Source of the DNA: Myxococcales bacterium | GTDB lineage: Bacteria; Myxococcota_A; Polyangia; Polyangiales; Polyangiaceae | Assembly: GCA_043747615.1 (NCBI GenBank) | Contig: JAYTOU010000027.1 | Span: 1 to 64,000 of the forward strand | Reading direction: 5' to 3' | DNA: 64,000 nucleotides | In this document: positions 46,009 to 55,656 of the stretch, piece after piece | How the letters are laid out: every line of letters begins with the position of its first letter | How positions within the stretch are numbered: position 1 is the stretch's first letter | Notes under the pieces: model-generated | Database searches by the model: none | Told to the model about the DNA's origin: nothing | The model's input: the letters and a program-made list of their open reading frames with translations, nothing else | Position numbers and translations under genes: made by a program

Positions 46009-47970
46009 TCAACTGGTCCGCTCCGCCGCGAGGCGTTGCGTGCAGACTGCAATTTGTCGCTCGAGCTCGTCTGGAGGAAGAGAGAGGCTCGTGCATGCGC
46101 GCTCCAGGATCTGTCGCTCGCGGGCGTCGATCTTCCCGTCCATCAGCGCGGCTTCCACCAAGCCCGCGAGAAACCACTGCGGGGAGCTCGTGGGAACGGA
46201 GCCGGCCATCACGGCTTGAGGATGAGCAAAGGCCTGCTCCACGGCCTCTTCGGGCAAGTGCCAGCGATCGGCGCACATCCGCAGGAGCTTCCGCTCGTTT
46301 CGCGCGATCTGACCGTCACTCGCCATCATCGCGGCCATTTGGGCGAAGAGAATGCTCCGCTCGCGAGGATCAGCGATGTTCGGCACGAGCCAGTCGGGAA
46401 GCACCGCTGATTGCTGAGGATTGTTTCGCGGACGAACGTCTCCGGCTCCGAGCATCGCGTCGAGCACCCAGGACTGCGCGCCCGCAGAGATCTCCGCGTT
46501 GCAGTGATCGCATCGCGGCGTGTCGCTCTCGGTGAGAGCCGCTCCGCATTCAGCGCAAACGAGGGCGGTCATGGATTGAGGCGAGACGACCCCTACGCGC
46601 CGCACCAAGCGAGCCACCGTTTGCACCGGGGCTGCCGCTGAACCCTGTTGGAATTCCGCCGACCAGTAGACCTTGACGTAGACATGATCGAAGTCTCCGT
46701 CGGGACCGGGATCGACGAGGATGGTCTCGGCGCCACCTACGGCCGCGTTGCGGGCTGCGGTGGGGAGGGTCGCGCGCTGCGCCAAGAATTCGGGCGTGGA
46801 GCACTTGCGGAGAGGCGCGAGGTTTTGCTTCTTCGCCGCCTCGAGCCACTTCCAGAAGAGGTACGACGCGCGATCCTCGAGCCCCTCCGGCGTGACGCCA
46901 GAGTCGTCGGCGCGCAGAGCGTCGAGGCCAGGGATTACGGTGGTTGCATCGGGATACCACTCGGAGAGCTGGGTGATCTCGGCGAGGACCCAGTCGTGCT
47001 CACCCGAGCAGACGAGAGCGTTGCAGTACCTGCATTTGACGACGGCCCCTTCGCCGAGCGGCGCCCCGCATGCCGGGCACGCTTTACCAACCTGGTCGGC
47101 GGGCATCTTCGTCGTCGCTCCTTGGCGACGAACGAGAGTCCAGATCTCGGTGTACGGGGCGACCTGCGCCTGGCGAAGCGCCTGTGCTGCTTGCTCGGGC
47201 GTCGAGTTGAAGGGAATGTTCTGATCCCTGGCTTGCGCGGTGAACCGAACGTGGACGACGTCGAGCGGAGGGGCGGTGGAGACGGCTTCGATCGTGATGT
47301 AGAGGACGGAGGCGTCGCTCATCACGTTGCGGAGCCCTTCCACCTTCATCATCTCGAGCTGCACCACGAAACGGCTGAAAACACCGTCTGAAACGAAGGC
47401 GCGGGCAGGTCGCATGTCACCGCCGCACCAGGCCTCGCGCAGAATGATCGACATGCGGTTGACGCGATCGAGGATGCTCGCTTCCGTGAGCTGAGGATCG
47501 CGCGCGCGCAGCGGATCGAGAGATACCGACGCCCGTGCCGTTGCCCCGGCGTCGTATTGCGCCGACAAGATGGCCGCGCGCGTTTGCTTGGTGGAGCCGT
47601 TGGAGCGCGCGACAACGAGAACGATGACGATGATTCCCGCGACGAGGATGATGAACCCCCAACCGCCGTCGCTGCTGCGGCTACCCGAATACGTGCTCGA
47701 GCCGGAGCTCACCCCGAAGCCGGAGCTGCCGCTGCTCCGCGATCCGTTGCTCCCTGAGCTTCCCGAGCTCCCTGAGCTTCCTGAGCTTCCCGAGCTGCTG
47801 TGACTTCCCGAGCTCCCTGAGCTTCCCGAGCTTCGACTGCCGCCACTGAAGCTTCCGCCACCGCCGGGTCGGGCGCTCGCTGTGAGCGGAAGGAGAAAAA
47901 GCACCAGCGCGGCGACGACGCACACGCGGCAAACGGCGCGGACGGCGCGCGGAAGGAAGGACTCGTGCAT
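46009..47970 (-). CDS. Tim44-like domain protein with two Zn ribbons and TerB-like C-terminus
   Basis: ARPGGG..S/G-rich linker, TM helix, LRARDPQL...EIWTLVR (Tim44-like), CPACG..CRYC, CAECG..CDHC, ASDGQIARNE and MDGKIDARE (TerB-like). ATG 47970 with GGAG. Confidence 0.8.
   Translation of the reverse strand: MHESFLPRAVRAVCRVCVVAALVLFLLPLTASARPGGGGSFSGGSRSSGSSGSSGSHSSSGSSGSSGSSGSSGSNGSRSSGSSGFGVSSGSSTYSGSRSSDGGWGFIILVAGIIVIVLVVARSNGSTKQTRAAILSAQYDAGATARASVSLDPLRARDPQLTEASILDRVNRMSIILREAWCGGDMRPARAFVSDGVFSRFVVQLEMMKVEGLRNVMSDASVLYITIEAVSTAPPLDVVHVRFTAQARDQNIPFNSTPEQAAQALRQAQVAPYTEIWTLVRRQGATTKMPADQVGKACPACGAPLGEGAVVKCRYCNALVCSGEHDWVLAEITQLSEWYPDATTVIPGLDALRADDSGVTPEGLEDRASYLFWKWLEAAKKQNLAPLRKCSTPEFLAQRATLPTAARNAAVGGAETILVDPGPDGDFDHVYVKVYWSAEFQQGSAAAPVQTVARLVRRVGVVSPQSMTALVCAECGAALTESDTPRCDHCNAEISAGAQSWVLDAMLGAGDVRPRNNPQQSAVLPDWLVPNIADPRERSILFAQMAAMMASDGQIARNERKLLRMCADRWHLPEEAVEQAFAHPQAVMAGSVPTSSPQWFLAGLVEAALMDGKIDARERQILERACTSLSLPPDELERQIAVCTQRLAAERTS
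47749..47833. repeat. Imperfect 9-bp tandem repeat encoding Ser-Ser-Gly linker
   Basis: Units GAGCTTCCC/GAGCTCCCT/GAGCTTCCT inside the Tim44-like gene. Confidence 0.85.
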
Positions 47971-47984
47971 GGGGACTCCGTACT

Positions 47985-48374
47985 TCACTGTGCAGCTTGA
48001 GCGCAGCTCGAGGGCGAACCGCAGCCTGCGGTGTTCGTGCAGGTGGTGCATGTCGTCGCGCAGTTGAACTTGCATGTTGTCCGCGTTAGTTTGCACATGT
48101 TTCGGCAGCTGCTCCCGCCACACGCGGCTGCACACGTGGCCTCCGCAGCGTCGCAGTCCGCGGCGCAGGTCATGGCGGTGGCTAAGCACGTCGACCCGCA
48201 GGCAGCGTCGCTCCCGGCATCCGCGGCGCCGTCACTGGCATCCGCGGAGCTCGCCTCGGAGGGTGGCCCTCCCTCTTGAGGACCGCCCTCACCATGCGAC
48301 GCGACGAACGCGTCGAAGTCGTGCGCGCACGCGGTAAGAGAAAACGCGACGGCTAATGCCGCGAGGCGACTCAA
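47985..48374 (-). CDS. Small Cys-rich lipoprotein
   Basis: Lipobox LTAC; 14 further Cys, mainly in CX3C/CX6C spacing. Confidence 0.8.
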   Translation of the reverse strand: MSRLAALAVAFSLTACAHDFDAFVASHGEGGPQEGGPPSEASSADASDGAADAGSDAACGSTCLATAMTCAADCDAAEATCAAACGGSSCRNMCKLTRTTCKFNCATTCTTCTNTAGCGSPSSCAQAAQ

Positions 48375-49321
48375 AACGTCCCTCCTAGCCCGGTGAACGA
48401 GGGCGAGAGCACGAGCGCCGTCGTTGTCTTCGCGTTGGGCATACTGAGGACATACAACGTCGCGCCCACTCCGGCGCCGAGAATTCCGAAGACCAACCCG
48501 ACGTTTGCCAATGTTTGCTCGGTCTTGCCTCTACTGATGTCGCCGCTCATCGAGGCCGGGCAAGGCTCCGCGCCGCACCGCGATTGCAGATCGCTGTACG
48601 TGCCGTTCGCGAGAATCCCGGCGATCGCGAAGGTGACGAGCCCGACCGCGCCCACGCCGCCCGCGACGTACGCGTACGTTCGGAGCTTCGTCCGATCAGG
48701 AACGGGTGCGGGCGAACCGGACGCACTCGCGCCGGCGGCGTCCACGACCACGACCTTTCGCTCGCCTGCAGCCACGTCGACCGACTTGCTCACCGGGGCT
48801 TGGGGCGGGGTCTCCACGACCACCTCCGTCTTGCCGGGCATCACGGGCGCGCGCTCGCCCCACGCATCGCGGCCGACCTCGGCTCCGCCGACCTTGACCG
48901 TCGTGCCCGCAGTCGCATGCTCGACCTGCACGGAGACGAAGCCAACCTTGGTCTCGAGAGACTTGCGCTCTGCCGCCGAAGCGTCCCCAGCTTTGTCGTA
49001 CTTGTGGTCCCTGTGGGCCGCTGCATCGGCTTCGGTCCGCGCAAACTCGGTGTACGCGTCGGCATATTTGCCCGACTCGCGAAGAGCGCGCGCAAGGTAG
49101 AGACGCGCGTTCGGGCTGGCGACGATCTCGTTCGAGGCACGGAAGCTCGAGACCGACTCCTCGTATTTTCCCACCTCGTAGAGCTGTCGTCCGACCGTGA
49201 AACGCGCCTGGGCTTGCTCGCGCTCCGCGGGGGTAGCGTGCGCGGGGTCGACGCCTGCCGCGCCAGCGGTGAGCGAGGTGAGGACGACGGCGAGACAAAC
49301 TCCGATATATGCAATCTGCAT
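48371..49321 (-). CDS. TPR/PEGA-like protein with C-terminal membrane segments
   Basis: ATG overlaps the pseudokinase stop; ASPNARLYLARAL TPR; AYVAGGVGAVGL and NVGLVFGILG hydrophobic segments; ends GLGGTF. Confidence 0.8.
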   Translation of the reverse strand: MQIAYIGVCLAVVLTSLTAGAAGVDPAHATPAEREQAQARFTVGRQLYEVGKYEESVSSFRASNEIVASPNARLYLARALRESGKYADAYTEFARTEADAAAHRDHKYDKAGDASAAERKSLETKVGFVSVQVEHATAGTTVKVGGAEVGRDAWGERAPVMPGKTEVVVETPPQAPVSKSVDVAAGERKVVVVDAAGASASGSPAPVPDRTKLRTYAYVAGGVGAVGLVTFAIAGILANGTYSDLQSRCGAEPCPASMSGDISRGKTEQTLANVGLVFGILGAGVGATLYVLSMPNAKTTTALVLSPSFTGLGGTF

Positions 49322-50976
49322 CAAATACTCTGGGGCTCGTAACTCGACTTCGGACGCGGCTTGGGGGTGGTCTTGGGAGCCACGATCCGAGGGACGGGGG
49401 GCGTGACTTCGCGAGGCGACGACGCAGGCTCGGCGGGAAGAACTACCGATGGCGCCGCGATCGGCGACGCGGGCGGCGCTTCTCGAACGATCGGTTCCAC
49501 CGGATCCGATTTCTTCGCCAAGGGCGCGGCATCTTTCGGCGCAAAGGCTACGCGGATTGCGGCGACGAAGAGGATTATCACGCAAAGCGCGACGAGACCC
49601 GCGACGATCCCTACCCGCCAAGTTCGGGGCGGTCGAAGACGCGTGCGCTGCGCCGCTTCCATCGTACTCGGAGCGAGGTCTGGCGTCGTGTCCGGGGCCT
49701 CTGCGATCTCGGTTGCCGGAACGTCAAGGGCGAGGGGGGGCGCGGCGACCGGGACCAAGAGCGCTTTTAGCGCGATGATGGTCGGCAGCGGCGCTTGGAC
49801 CATCGATGGAACGCAGACCCGTGGGGGCGCGCCGGACGGTGCTTTCGAGGGCCCACGGGAAGGCTTGCGTGAAGGGATGGGCGGCGGCATCGAACGCGCG
49901 GGCGCCTTGGCTTCCACGACGTCCTGCCAATCGATCTCTTCGGCCTGCTCCTGCGCGCGGGCGGGCCGCGGGGCGCTCGTCTTCGCCGAGGTAACGGTTT
50001 GCGGAGGCTTCAAGCGCAGTCGGCGAGCCTCGATCCTCTCGCCCGCGCGCGCGCTCACTGCTGCGGCGACTTGCAGGGTCGGTGCGAGCTTGGGTTGCAC
50101 CGCGCGCCGGATTGCGTCGGCGAAATCCTTCGCAGTGGAGAATCGTCTCTCCGGGCTTACCTGGAGAGCGCGCGCGGCAATGTTCACGAGTGGCTCGGCC
50201 CACGCGCCGTCGTCCGGGAGCTTGGCCCGCGGTAAGTCCCCCGCGAGCTGCAAGGTGAGCGCGGCCTCCGGAGTGCTCTGCGCGAACAACCGCTCACCGG
50301 AGATCGCTTCCCAGAGCATCACGCCGACGGCGTACAAATCGGCGCGCAGATCGAGACCGTCACCGACGAGCGTCTCCGGCGCTACATAACCGAGCGTCGC
50401 TTTCACGCGCTCCCTGAGCTTCTCCGCGTCAGTCCGGTCCGGGCGCGGCATGCGGTGCGGACGGATGATCCGCGCAGTCCCGTCGAGACCCACGAGCACG
50501 TTCGCCGGCGTCACCTCGCCGTGCACGATCGATTTCGCCGGCGTCCCATTTTCGAGCTCCGGAGCGGTGTGAAGGGCGTCGAGGCCAGCCAAAAGATCGA
50601 CCAGGACCGCGAGGCGCACCGCGAGCTCTAGGCGCTTCTTGCCGCCGATCGGGGCGGTGAGCTCCGCGAGCGTCTCTCCCTCGACGAAATCGGACGCGAT
50701 GCCCACGAGCTGCGAGGTGACGAAGACTTCCCGCACGCGGGAGAAGTGGGGATTCCTGATTAGCGCCATCCGCCGCGCGGCCCGCGTGAACGTTTCGATC
50801 TCCTTTGCAGACAGACTGGCGCGCGCTATTCGCTCGACGATCACGAGCTCGCGCAGGGCGGACGTGTACGCAGCGAAGGTGGTCGGCGATCGCCCTCCCA
50901 GCTCGCAGATCAACGTGTACTTGCCGATGACCCCCCCCGCCGTCTCGGGAAGCACCGACGGAGAACTCGCCGCCAC
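49321..50976 (-). CDS. Membrane Ser/Thr pseudokinase
   Basis: Kinase fold (GYVAPE, RADLYAVGVMLWE) but no VAIK Lys, HGEVTPAN in place of HRD, no DFG; TM helix near the C-terminus. Confidence 0.85.
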   Translation of the reverse strand: MAASSPSVLPETAGGVIGKYTLICELGGRSPTTFAAYTSALRELVIVERIARASLSAKEIETFTRAARRMALIRNPHFSRVREVFVTSQLVGIASDFVEGETLAELTAPIGGKKRLELAVRLAVLVDLLAGLDALHTAPELENGTPAKSIVHGEVTPANVLVGLDGTARIIRPHRMPRPDRTDAEKLRERVKATLGYVAPETLVGDGLDLRADLYAVGVMLWEAISGERLFAQSTPEAALTLQLAGDLPRAKLPDDGAWAEPLVNIAARALQVSPERRFSTAKDFADAIRRAVQPKLAPTLQVAAAVSARAGERIEARRLRLKPPQTVTSAKTSAPRPARAQEQAEEIDWQDVVEAKAPARSMPPPIPSRKPSRGPSKAPSGAPPRVCVPSMVQAPLPTIIALKALLVPVAAPPLALDVPATEIAEAPDTTPDLAPSTMEAAQRTRLRPPRTWRVGIVAGLVALCVIILFVAAIRVAFAPKDAAPLAKKSDPVEPIVREAPPASPIAAPSVVLPAEPASSPREVTPPVPRIVAPKTTPKPRPKSSYEPQSI

Positions 50977-51009
50977 CTTGAAAAGGTACGCTAGATTTCG
51001 CGAGAGTGG

Positions 51010-52071
51010 CTACTTGGCCCGAAAGAGATCTCGATTTTGCCAGGCGGGGAGCTCGCGCAGATCGGCCCACACTTCGCGGGCCGATGTATAGCGGTACGCT
51101 TCACGCCGCCGGAGCAACCGTCCGATCAGCTCGCCGAGGGGAGTGCCGATCTCGTTGGCGCGCTTCCGCGGCTCTCCGTCCCCCACCTGGCGCACGAGCT
51201 CGCGGTAGGGAATCCCCGGCGGGATCGCAGGCACTCCAGTGAGCATCCAGTAGAGGAGGAGCCCCACTTGGTAGAGGTCGCTCTGCTTGCTCGTGTACCC
51301 GCTCGCGACGACTTCCGGCGCCATGATCTTGTGATGCACCACGTTCGGACGCACCGCAGGCGCGCCGCGGAGCGCCTGGCTGATTCCGAAATCGCTGATC
51401 TTTACGACCGGGCGATCGGTGCCCGAGCTGATGAGCACGTTACCGGGATGGAGATCGTCGTGGACGATGTCGTTGTCGTGAAGGAATTGCACGGCGGCGA
51501 GGAGCTGGCGCGCGAGCTCGATGACCAGCCCCTCTTGAAGCGGCGTACCCAGCATGTCCGTAAGCGGGTGCTCGCAGCGCTCGAGCGCGAGGTAAAAGAG
51601 ATGGTTCTGCTCGAAGGCGTCGTGGATGTAGACCACGTTCGGATGCCGGAGCGACATCAGCCGCTGGAGCTCGCGCTGCCACTCGGCGTGGACCTCGTTG
51701 TACGGGCGATTTGCCGGGCGAATCATCTTCACCGCGTACGCTTGATCGAAGGGGCCGACGCACTCGTAGACCGCGCCGAACTCGCCGGTTCCGATGATGG
51801 CTTGCACGACGTACTCGCCGCGAAGCGATGTGAGCACCGCGCCGACTTGAGGATACTGCACCGTGATCCGTGAGCTGTTGGGGGCTGGCGGGTAGGCGGG
51901 TTGCTGCTGCTGCGGCGCCTGCGAAGGATGCCCGGGCGGGGCGAAGGCGAGCGAAGGAGTCTGGTACCTCGGCGGATGTCCGAGCTGCGGCGACGACTGC
52001 GGCACTTGCGGTGCGGAGCCCGGCGCGGTCGGGTGGAGGCCGGGGGGGAGCGGACCAGTCTTGAATGTCAC
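51010..52071 (-). CDS. Soluble Ser/Thr kinase with Pro/Gln-rich N-terminus
   Basis: GTGEFG, YAVK, HDDLHPGN, DFG, MAPE. Confidence 0.9.
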   Translation of the reverse strand: MTFKTGPLPPGLHPTAPGSAPQVPQSSPQLGHPPRYQTPSLAFAPPGHPSQAPQQQQPAYPPAPNSSRITVQYPQVGAVLTSLRGEYVVQAIIGTGEFGAVYECVGPFDQAYAVKMIRPANRPYNEVHAEWQRELQRLMSLRHPNVVYIHDAFEQNHLFYLALERCEHPLTDMLGTPLQEGLVIELARQLLAAVQFLHDNDIVHDDLHPGNVLISSGTDRPVVKISDFGISQALRGAPAVRPNVVHHKIMAPEVVASGYTSKQSDLYQVGLLLYWMLTGVPAIPPGIPYRELVRQVGDGEPRKRANEIGTPLGELIGRLLRRREAYRYTSAREVWADLRELPAWQNRDLFRAK

Positions 52072-52111
52072 GATGCCACTTTAGCGCGAAACCTGAGTAC
52101 CATCGCGCCCA

Positions 52112-54793
52112 ATGAGCTCACGGGCAAAGAGGACCGCGGAGAGTGTTCGCCTGGAAGAGGCAAAGGCGGGCAAAAAATGGCGCCGCTGGGGCACGTATCT
52201 GAGCGAGCGGCAGTGGGGCACGGTCCGCGAGGATTACTCCGCGAACGGCGACGCCTGGCTCTACCTCTCTCACGAAGATGCCTGCGCCCGCGCGTACCGC
52301 TGGGGGGAAGACGGCCTTCTCGGCATGACGGACAACCGTGGTCTCCTGAATTTTTCGATCGCGCTCTGGAACGGCGAAGACCCCATCTTGAAGGAGCGAC
52401 TCTTCGGCCTCACGGGGCCCGAGGGAAATCACGGCGAGGACGTGAAGGAGCTCTATTGGTATCTCGACGCGACGCCAACGCACTCCTACGCAAAGGCGCT
52501 CTACAAGTATCCGCACGGCCGTTTTCCCTACGAGGAGCTGCGCGAGTCTGCGCGGCGCGCGGGTAAGGACGCGGCGGAGCCCGAGATCTGGGGCACGGGG
52601 ATCTTCGACGACAACAAGTATTTCGATGTTCTCGTCGAGTACGCAAAACAGGACATCAGCGACATTCTCATTTGCGTCACGGTGACCAACCGCGGACCGC
52701 GCAAGACCGTGCATGTCCTTCCGACGCTCTGGTTCCGCAACACCTGGACCTGGGAGGCGATCGTCAAGCCCGAGGGCGCGGTGTGGGCGGAGTGGGCACG
52801 CGACGGTCACGCCGTCATTGCGGCCGATCATCCCCACCTCGGGCCGATGTGGCTCTACGCCGAAGGCGCGCCGGAGCTCCTCTTCACCGAGAACGAAACA
52901 AACAGCGAGCGACTCTTCAAGGTCAAGAACGCGAGCCCTTACGTGAAGGACGCCTTCCACGCTTACTTGATCGACGGGAAAACCGAGGCCGTCAATCCTG
53001 CCCGGCGCGGCACCAAGGCGACCGCGTACGAGAAGGTCGAGCTCGGGGCAGGAGAGTCACACACCTTCAAGCTGCGACTGACGAGCGCGCGCATCGAGCA
53101 CCCGTTCGTCTCCTTCGATGCCATTTTGAAAACACGCATCGAAGAGGCCGACGCCTTCTACGCGAGCGTCATGCCTCGCGAGCTCGGTGAAGACGAGCGC
53201 CGCGTGTACCGCCAAGCGATGGCCGGTCTCCTCTGGAGCAAACAATTTTACTTTTTCGACGTCGACCGCTGGCTCCGCGGCGACCCCGCATCGCCTCCTC
53301 CGCCAGCTTCACGAAAGCGCGGACGCGATCACGAGTGGAAACACCTCTACAACAGCGAGATCCTCTCCGTTCCCGACAAGTGGGAATACCCTTGGTATGC
53401 CGCGTGGGACCTCGCGTTCCACTGCATCCCGCTGGCCATCGTGGATTCGGAGTTTGCAAAGCTGCAGCTCTCGCTCCTGACGCGTGAATGGTACATGCAT
53501 CCGAACGGTCAGCTCCCGGCTTACGAATGGGCCTTCGGAGACGTGAACCCACCTGTCCATGCCTGGGCGGCACTGCGCGTCTACCAGATCGAGCGTCGTC
53601 AGACGGGCCAGGCCGACCGAGCATTCCTCGAGAGCGTCTTCCACAAGCTGATGCTCAATTTCACGTGGTGGGTGAATCGGAAAGATGCATCCGGGAACAA
53701 CGTCTTCGAAGGCGGCTTCCTCGGGCTCGACAACATCGGCGTCTTCGACCGGAGCAACGCGCTCCCTGAAGGCGGCGCTCTCGAGCAGGCGGACGCGACG
53801 AGCTGGATGGGGATGTACTGTCTGAACCTCCTCACCACGGCGCTCGAGCTCGCGCGTGAGAATCCGAGCTACCAAGACGTCGCGAACAAATTCTTCGAGC
53901 ACTTTCTCCATATTGCGCGCGCCATGAACAACGCGTCGATCGAGAGCTCCTTGTGGGACGAAGAAGACGGCTTCTTCTACGACGTCCTTCATCTTCCGTC
54001 CGGCGCCATCGTGCCGATGAAGCTCCGCTCGATGGTCGGTCTCATTCCGCTTTTTGCCGTCGAAATCATCGACAAAGCGACGCTCGATCGTTTCCCCGCG
54101 TTCGTGAAGCGCATGAATTGGTTCATCACGAACCGGCCCGAGCTCGGCGCTCACGCCGTCCACATGCAGGAGCGCGGGGATCATCACATCCTTTCTCTGC
54201 TCACGCGGGAGCGGCTCGAGCGCATTCTCACGCGCATGCTCGACGAGAAAGAATTTCTATCGCCCTACGGCATTCGCGCGCTCTCGCGGGTGCACAAGGA
54301 CCAGCCCTACGAAGTGAGGCTCGGTGGAACGACGCACCGCGTGGAGTACGAGCCTGCGGAGTCGCTCAGCGGAATGTTCGGCGGCAACTCGAACTGGCGA
54401 GGGCCGGTGTGGTTTCCCGTGAACTTCCTCATCATCGAAGCGCTGCAGAAGTATCACCACTTCTACGGCGACGATCTCAAGGTCGAGTGCCCGACGGGAT
54501 CGGGAAATCTCATGAACCTCTGGGACGTGGCGTCCGAGATCTCGCGAAGGCTGGTAAACCTTTTTCTGCGCGGCGAAGACGGCAAACGCCCTGCCCACGG
54601 CTCCATCGGCATCGGGCAGGACGATCCGGAATTTCGCGACTACATCAGCTTCTTCGAATACTTCAACGGTGACACGGGCGCGGGCCTCGGCGCGGGCCAC
54701 CAGACGGGATGGACGGCGCTCGTCGCCAAGCTCCTCCAGCAGAGTCCGCTGTGGAATGCCTCCAACCCGCGCGCGCGCCGACAAGACATCTAG
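52112..54793 (+). CDS. GH63 / MGH1-like glycoside hydrolase
   Basis: [58 protein letters not shown]. Confidence 0.92.
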   Translation: MSSRAKRTAESVRLEEAKAGKKWRRWGTYLSERQWGTVREDYSANGDAWLYLSHEDACARAYRWGEDGLLGMTDNRGLLNFSIALWNGEDPILKERLFGLTGPEGNHGEDVKELYWYLDATPTHSYAKALYKYPHGRFPYEELRESARRAGKDAAEPEIWGTGIFDDNKYFDVLVEYAKQDISDILICVTVTNRGPRKTVHVLPTLWFRNTWTWEAIVKPEGAVWAEWARDGHAVIAADHPHLGPMWLYAEGAPELLFTENETNSERLFKVKNASPYVKDAFHAYLIDGKTEAVNPARRGTKATAYEKVELGAGESHTFKLRLTSARIEHPFVSFDAILKTRIEEADAFYASVMPRELGEDERRVYRQAMAGLLWSKQFYFFDVDRWLRGDPASPPPPASRKRGRDHEWKHLYNSEILSVPDKWEYPWYAAWDLAFHCIPLAIVDSEFAKLQLSLLTREWYMHPNGQLPAYEWAFGDVNPPVHAWAALRVYQIERRQTGQADRAFLESVFHKLMLNFTWWVNRKDASGNNVFEGGFLGLDNIGVFDRSNALPEGGALEQADATSWMGMYCLNLLTTALELARENPSYQDVANKFFEHFLHIARAMNNASIESSLWDEEDGFFYDVLHLPSGAIVPMKLRSMVGLIPLFAVEIIDKATLDRFPAFVKRMNWFITNRPELGAHAVHMQERGDHHILSLLTRERLERILTRMLDEKEFLSPYGIRALSRVHKDQPYEVRLGGTTHRVEYEPAESLSGMFGGNSNWRGPVWFPVNFLIIEALQKYHHFYGDDLKVECPTGSGNLMNLWDVASEISRRLVNLFLRGEDGKRPAHGSIGIGQDDPEFRDYISFFEYFNGDTGAGLGAGHQTGWTALVAKLLQQSPLWNASNPRARRQDI

Positions 54794-54820
54794 AACTCCG
54801 TTCCGCTCATGCCGCTCTGA

Positions 54821-54988
54821 TTGAGCTTCTTTGCTTCGTTCATCTGGACGGCAGGTGGGGCGGCTGCGGCCGCTTTGGTCGTGGCGCGGGCGCTGGCGAT
54901 CCTTTGCGATTGGGCGGCCAGCCGAGCTCGTTCGGACGAGTCTCGGTCGCGCCGGCTTCGTCGTCGAGCCTTCGCTGCGCGGCGGTGA
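54821..54988 (+). CDS. Possible small membrane protein (or remnant with in-frame TGA if the start is ATG 54809)
   Basis: LSFFASFIWTAGGAAAAALVVARALAILCDW followed by an Arg-rich tail; fills the gap between two + strand genes. Confidence 0.35.
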   Translation: MSFFASFIWTAGGAAAAALVVARALAILCDWAASRARSDESRSRRLRRRAFAARR

Positions 54989-55055
54989 GCGGCTCACTGC
55001 TTGAACGTGCTCGGACGCGCCAGATTCGAAAAAATTCTGTAGGTTGTCCTTCCAA

Positions 55056-55649
55056 GTGAAAGCCCTCAAAACCCCCTTCGACCAGGCGTATTACGCGCGC
55101 TTTTACGAGTCCAAGCGGACCCAAGTGTACGGAAAGAAGGAGGTGTCGCACCTCGCGCGCGGCGTCACCGAGATGATCACCTGGTACGGCGGAACGATCC
55201 GCGCGGTGCTCGACGTCGGCGCGGGGACGGGGCTGTGGCGCGACTGGTTCAAGGCGCACAAGCGCGGCGTCCGGTACGTCTCCACCGAGGTGAGCGACTA
55301 CGCCTGTGAACGTTATAGACACGAAAAGCGAGACATCACTCGCTGGCGCGCAGGCGAAACCTTCGACCTCGTTGTCTGTCAGGGCGTGCTCCCCTACCTC
55401 TCCGATGCGGACACCGGGGCGGCGATCGAGAACATGGCTTCCATGTGCCGCGGGTTCCTCTACCTGGAGGCAATCACGGCGCGCGACATCGAGGCCGTTG
55501 TGGACGGAACCCTCACCGACGTCCACGTCTACCGTCGCACCGGAGCGTGGTACCGCGCGCAGCTCGATCGCCACTTCGTCGCCCTCGGTTGCGGCCTCTA
55601 CTATTCGAAGAAGGGCACCCTCGTCTTCTACGAGCTCGAGCGCGGGTAG
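55056..55649 (+). CDS. Class I SAM-dependent methyltransferase
   Basis: FDQAYYARFY, VLDVGAGTG, FDLVVCQGVLPY; start 55056 or 55044. Confidence 0.85.
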   Translation: MKALKTPFDQAYYARFYESKRTQVYGKKEVSHLARGVTEMITWYGGTIRAVLDVGAGTGLWRDWFKAHKRGVRYVSTEVSDYACERYRHEKRDITRWRAGETFDLVVCQGVLPYLSDADTGAAIENMASMCRGFLYLEAITARDIEAVVDGTLTDVHVYRRTGAWYRAQLDRHFVALGCGLYYSKKGTLVFYELERG

Positions 55650-55656
55650 AGCCGTG

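Noticed and set aside
47749..47833. Repeat tract as a possible CRISPR array
   Set aside because: 9-bp in-frame coding repeat with no spacers and no cas genes.
54818..54820. TGA as a selenocysteine codon
   Set aside because: No redox-motif context and no SECIS-like hairpin that I could support.
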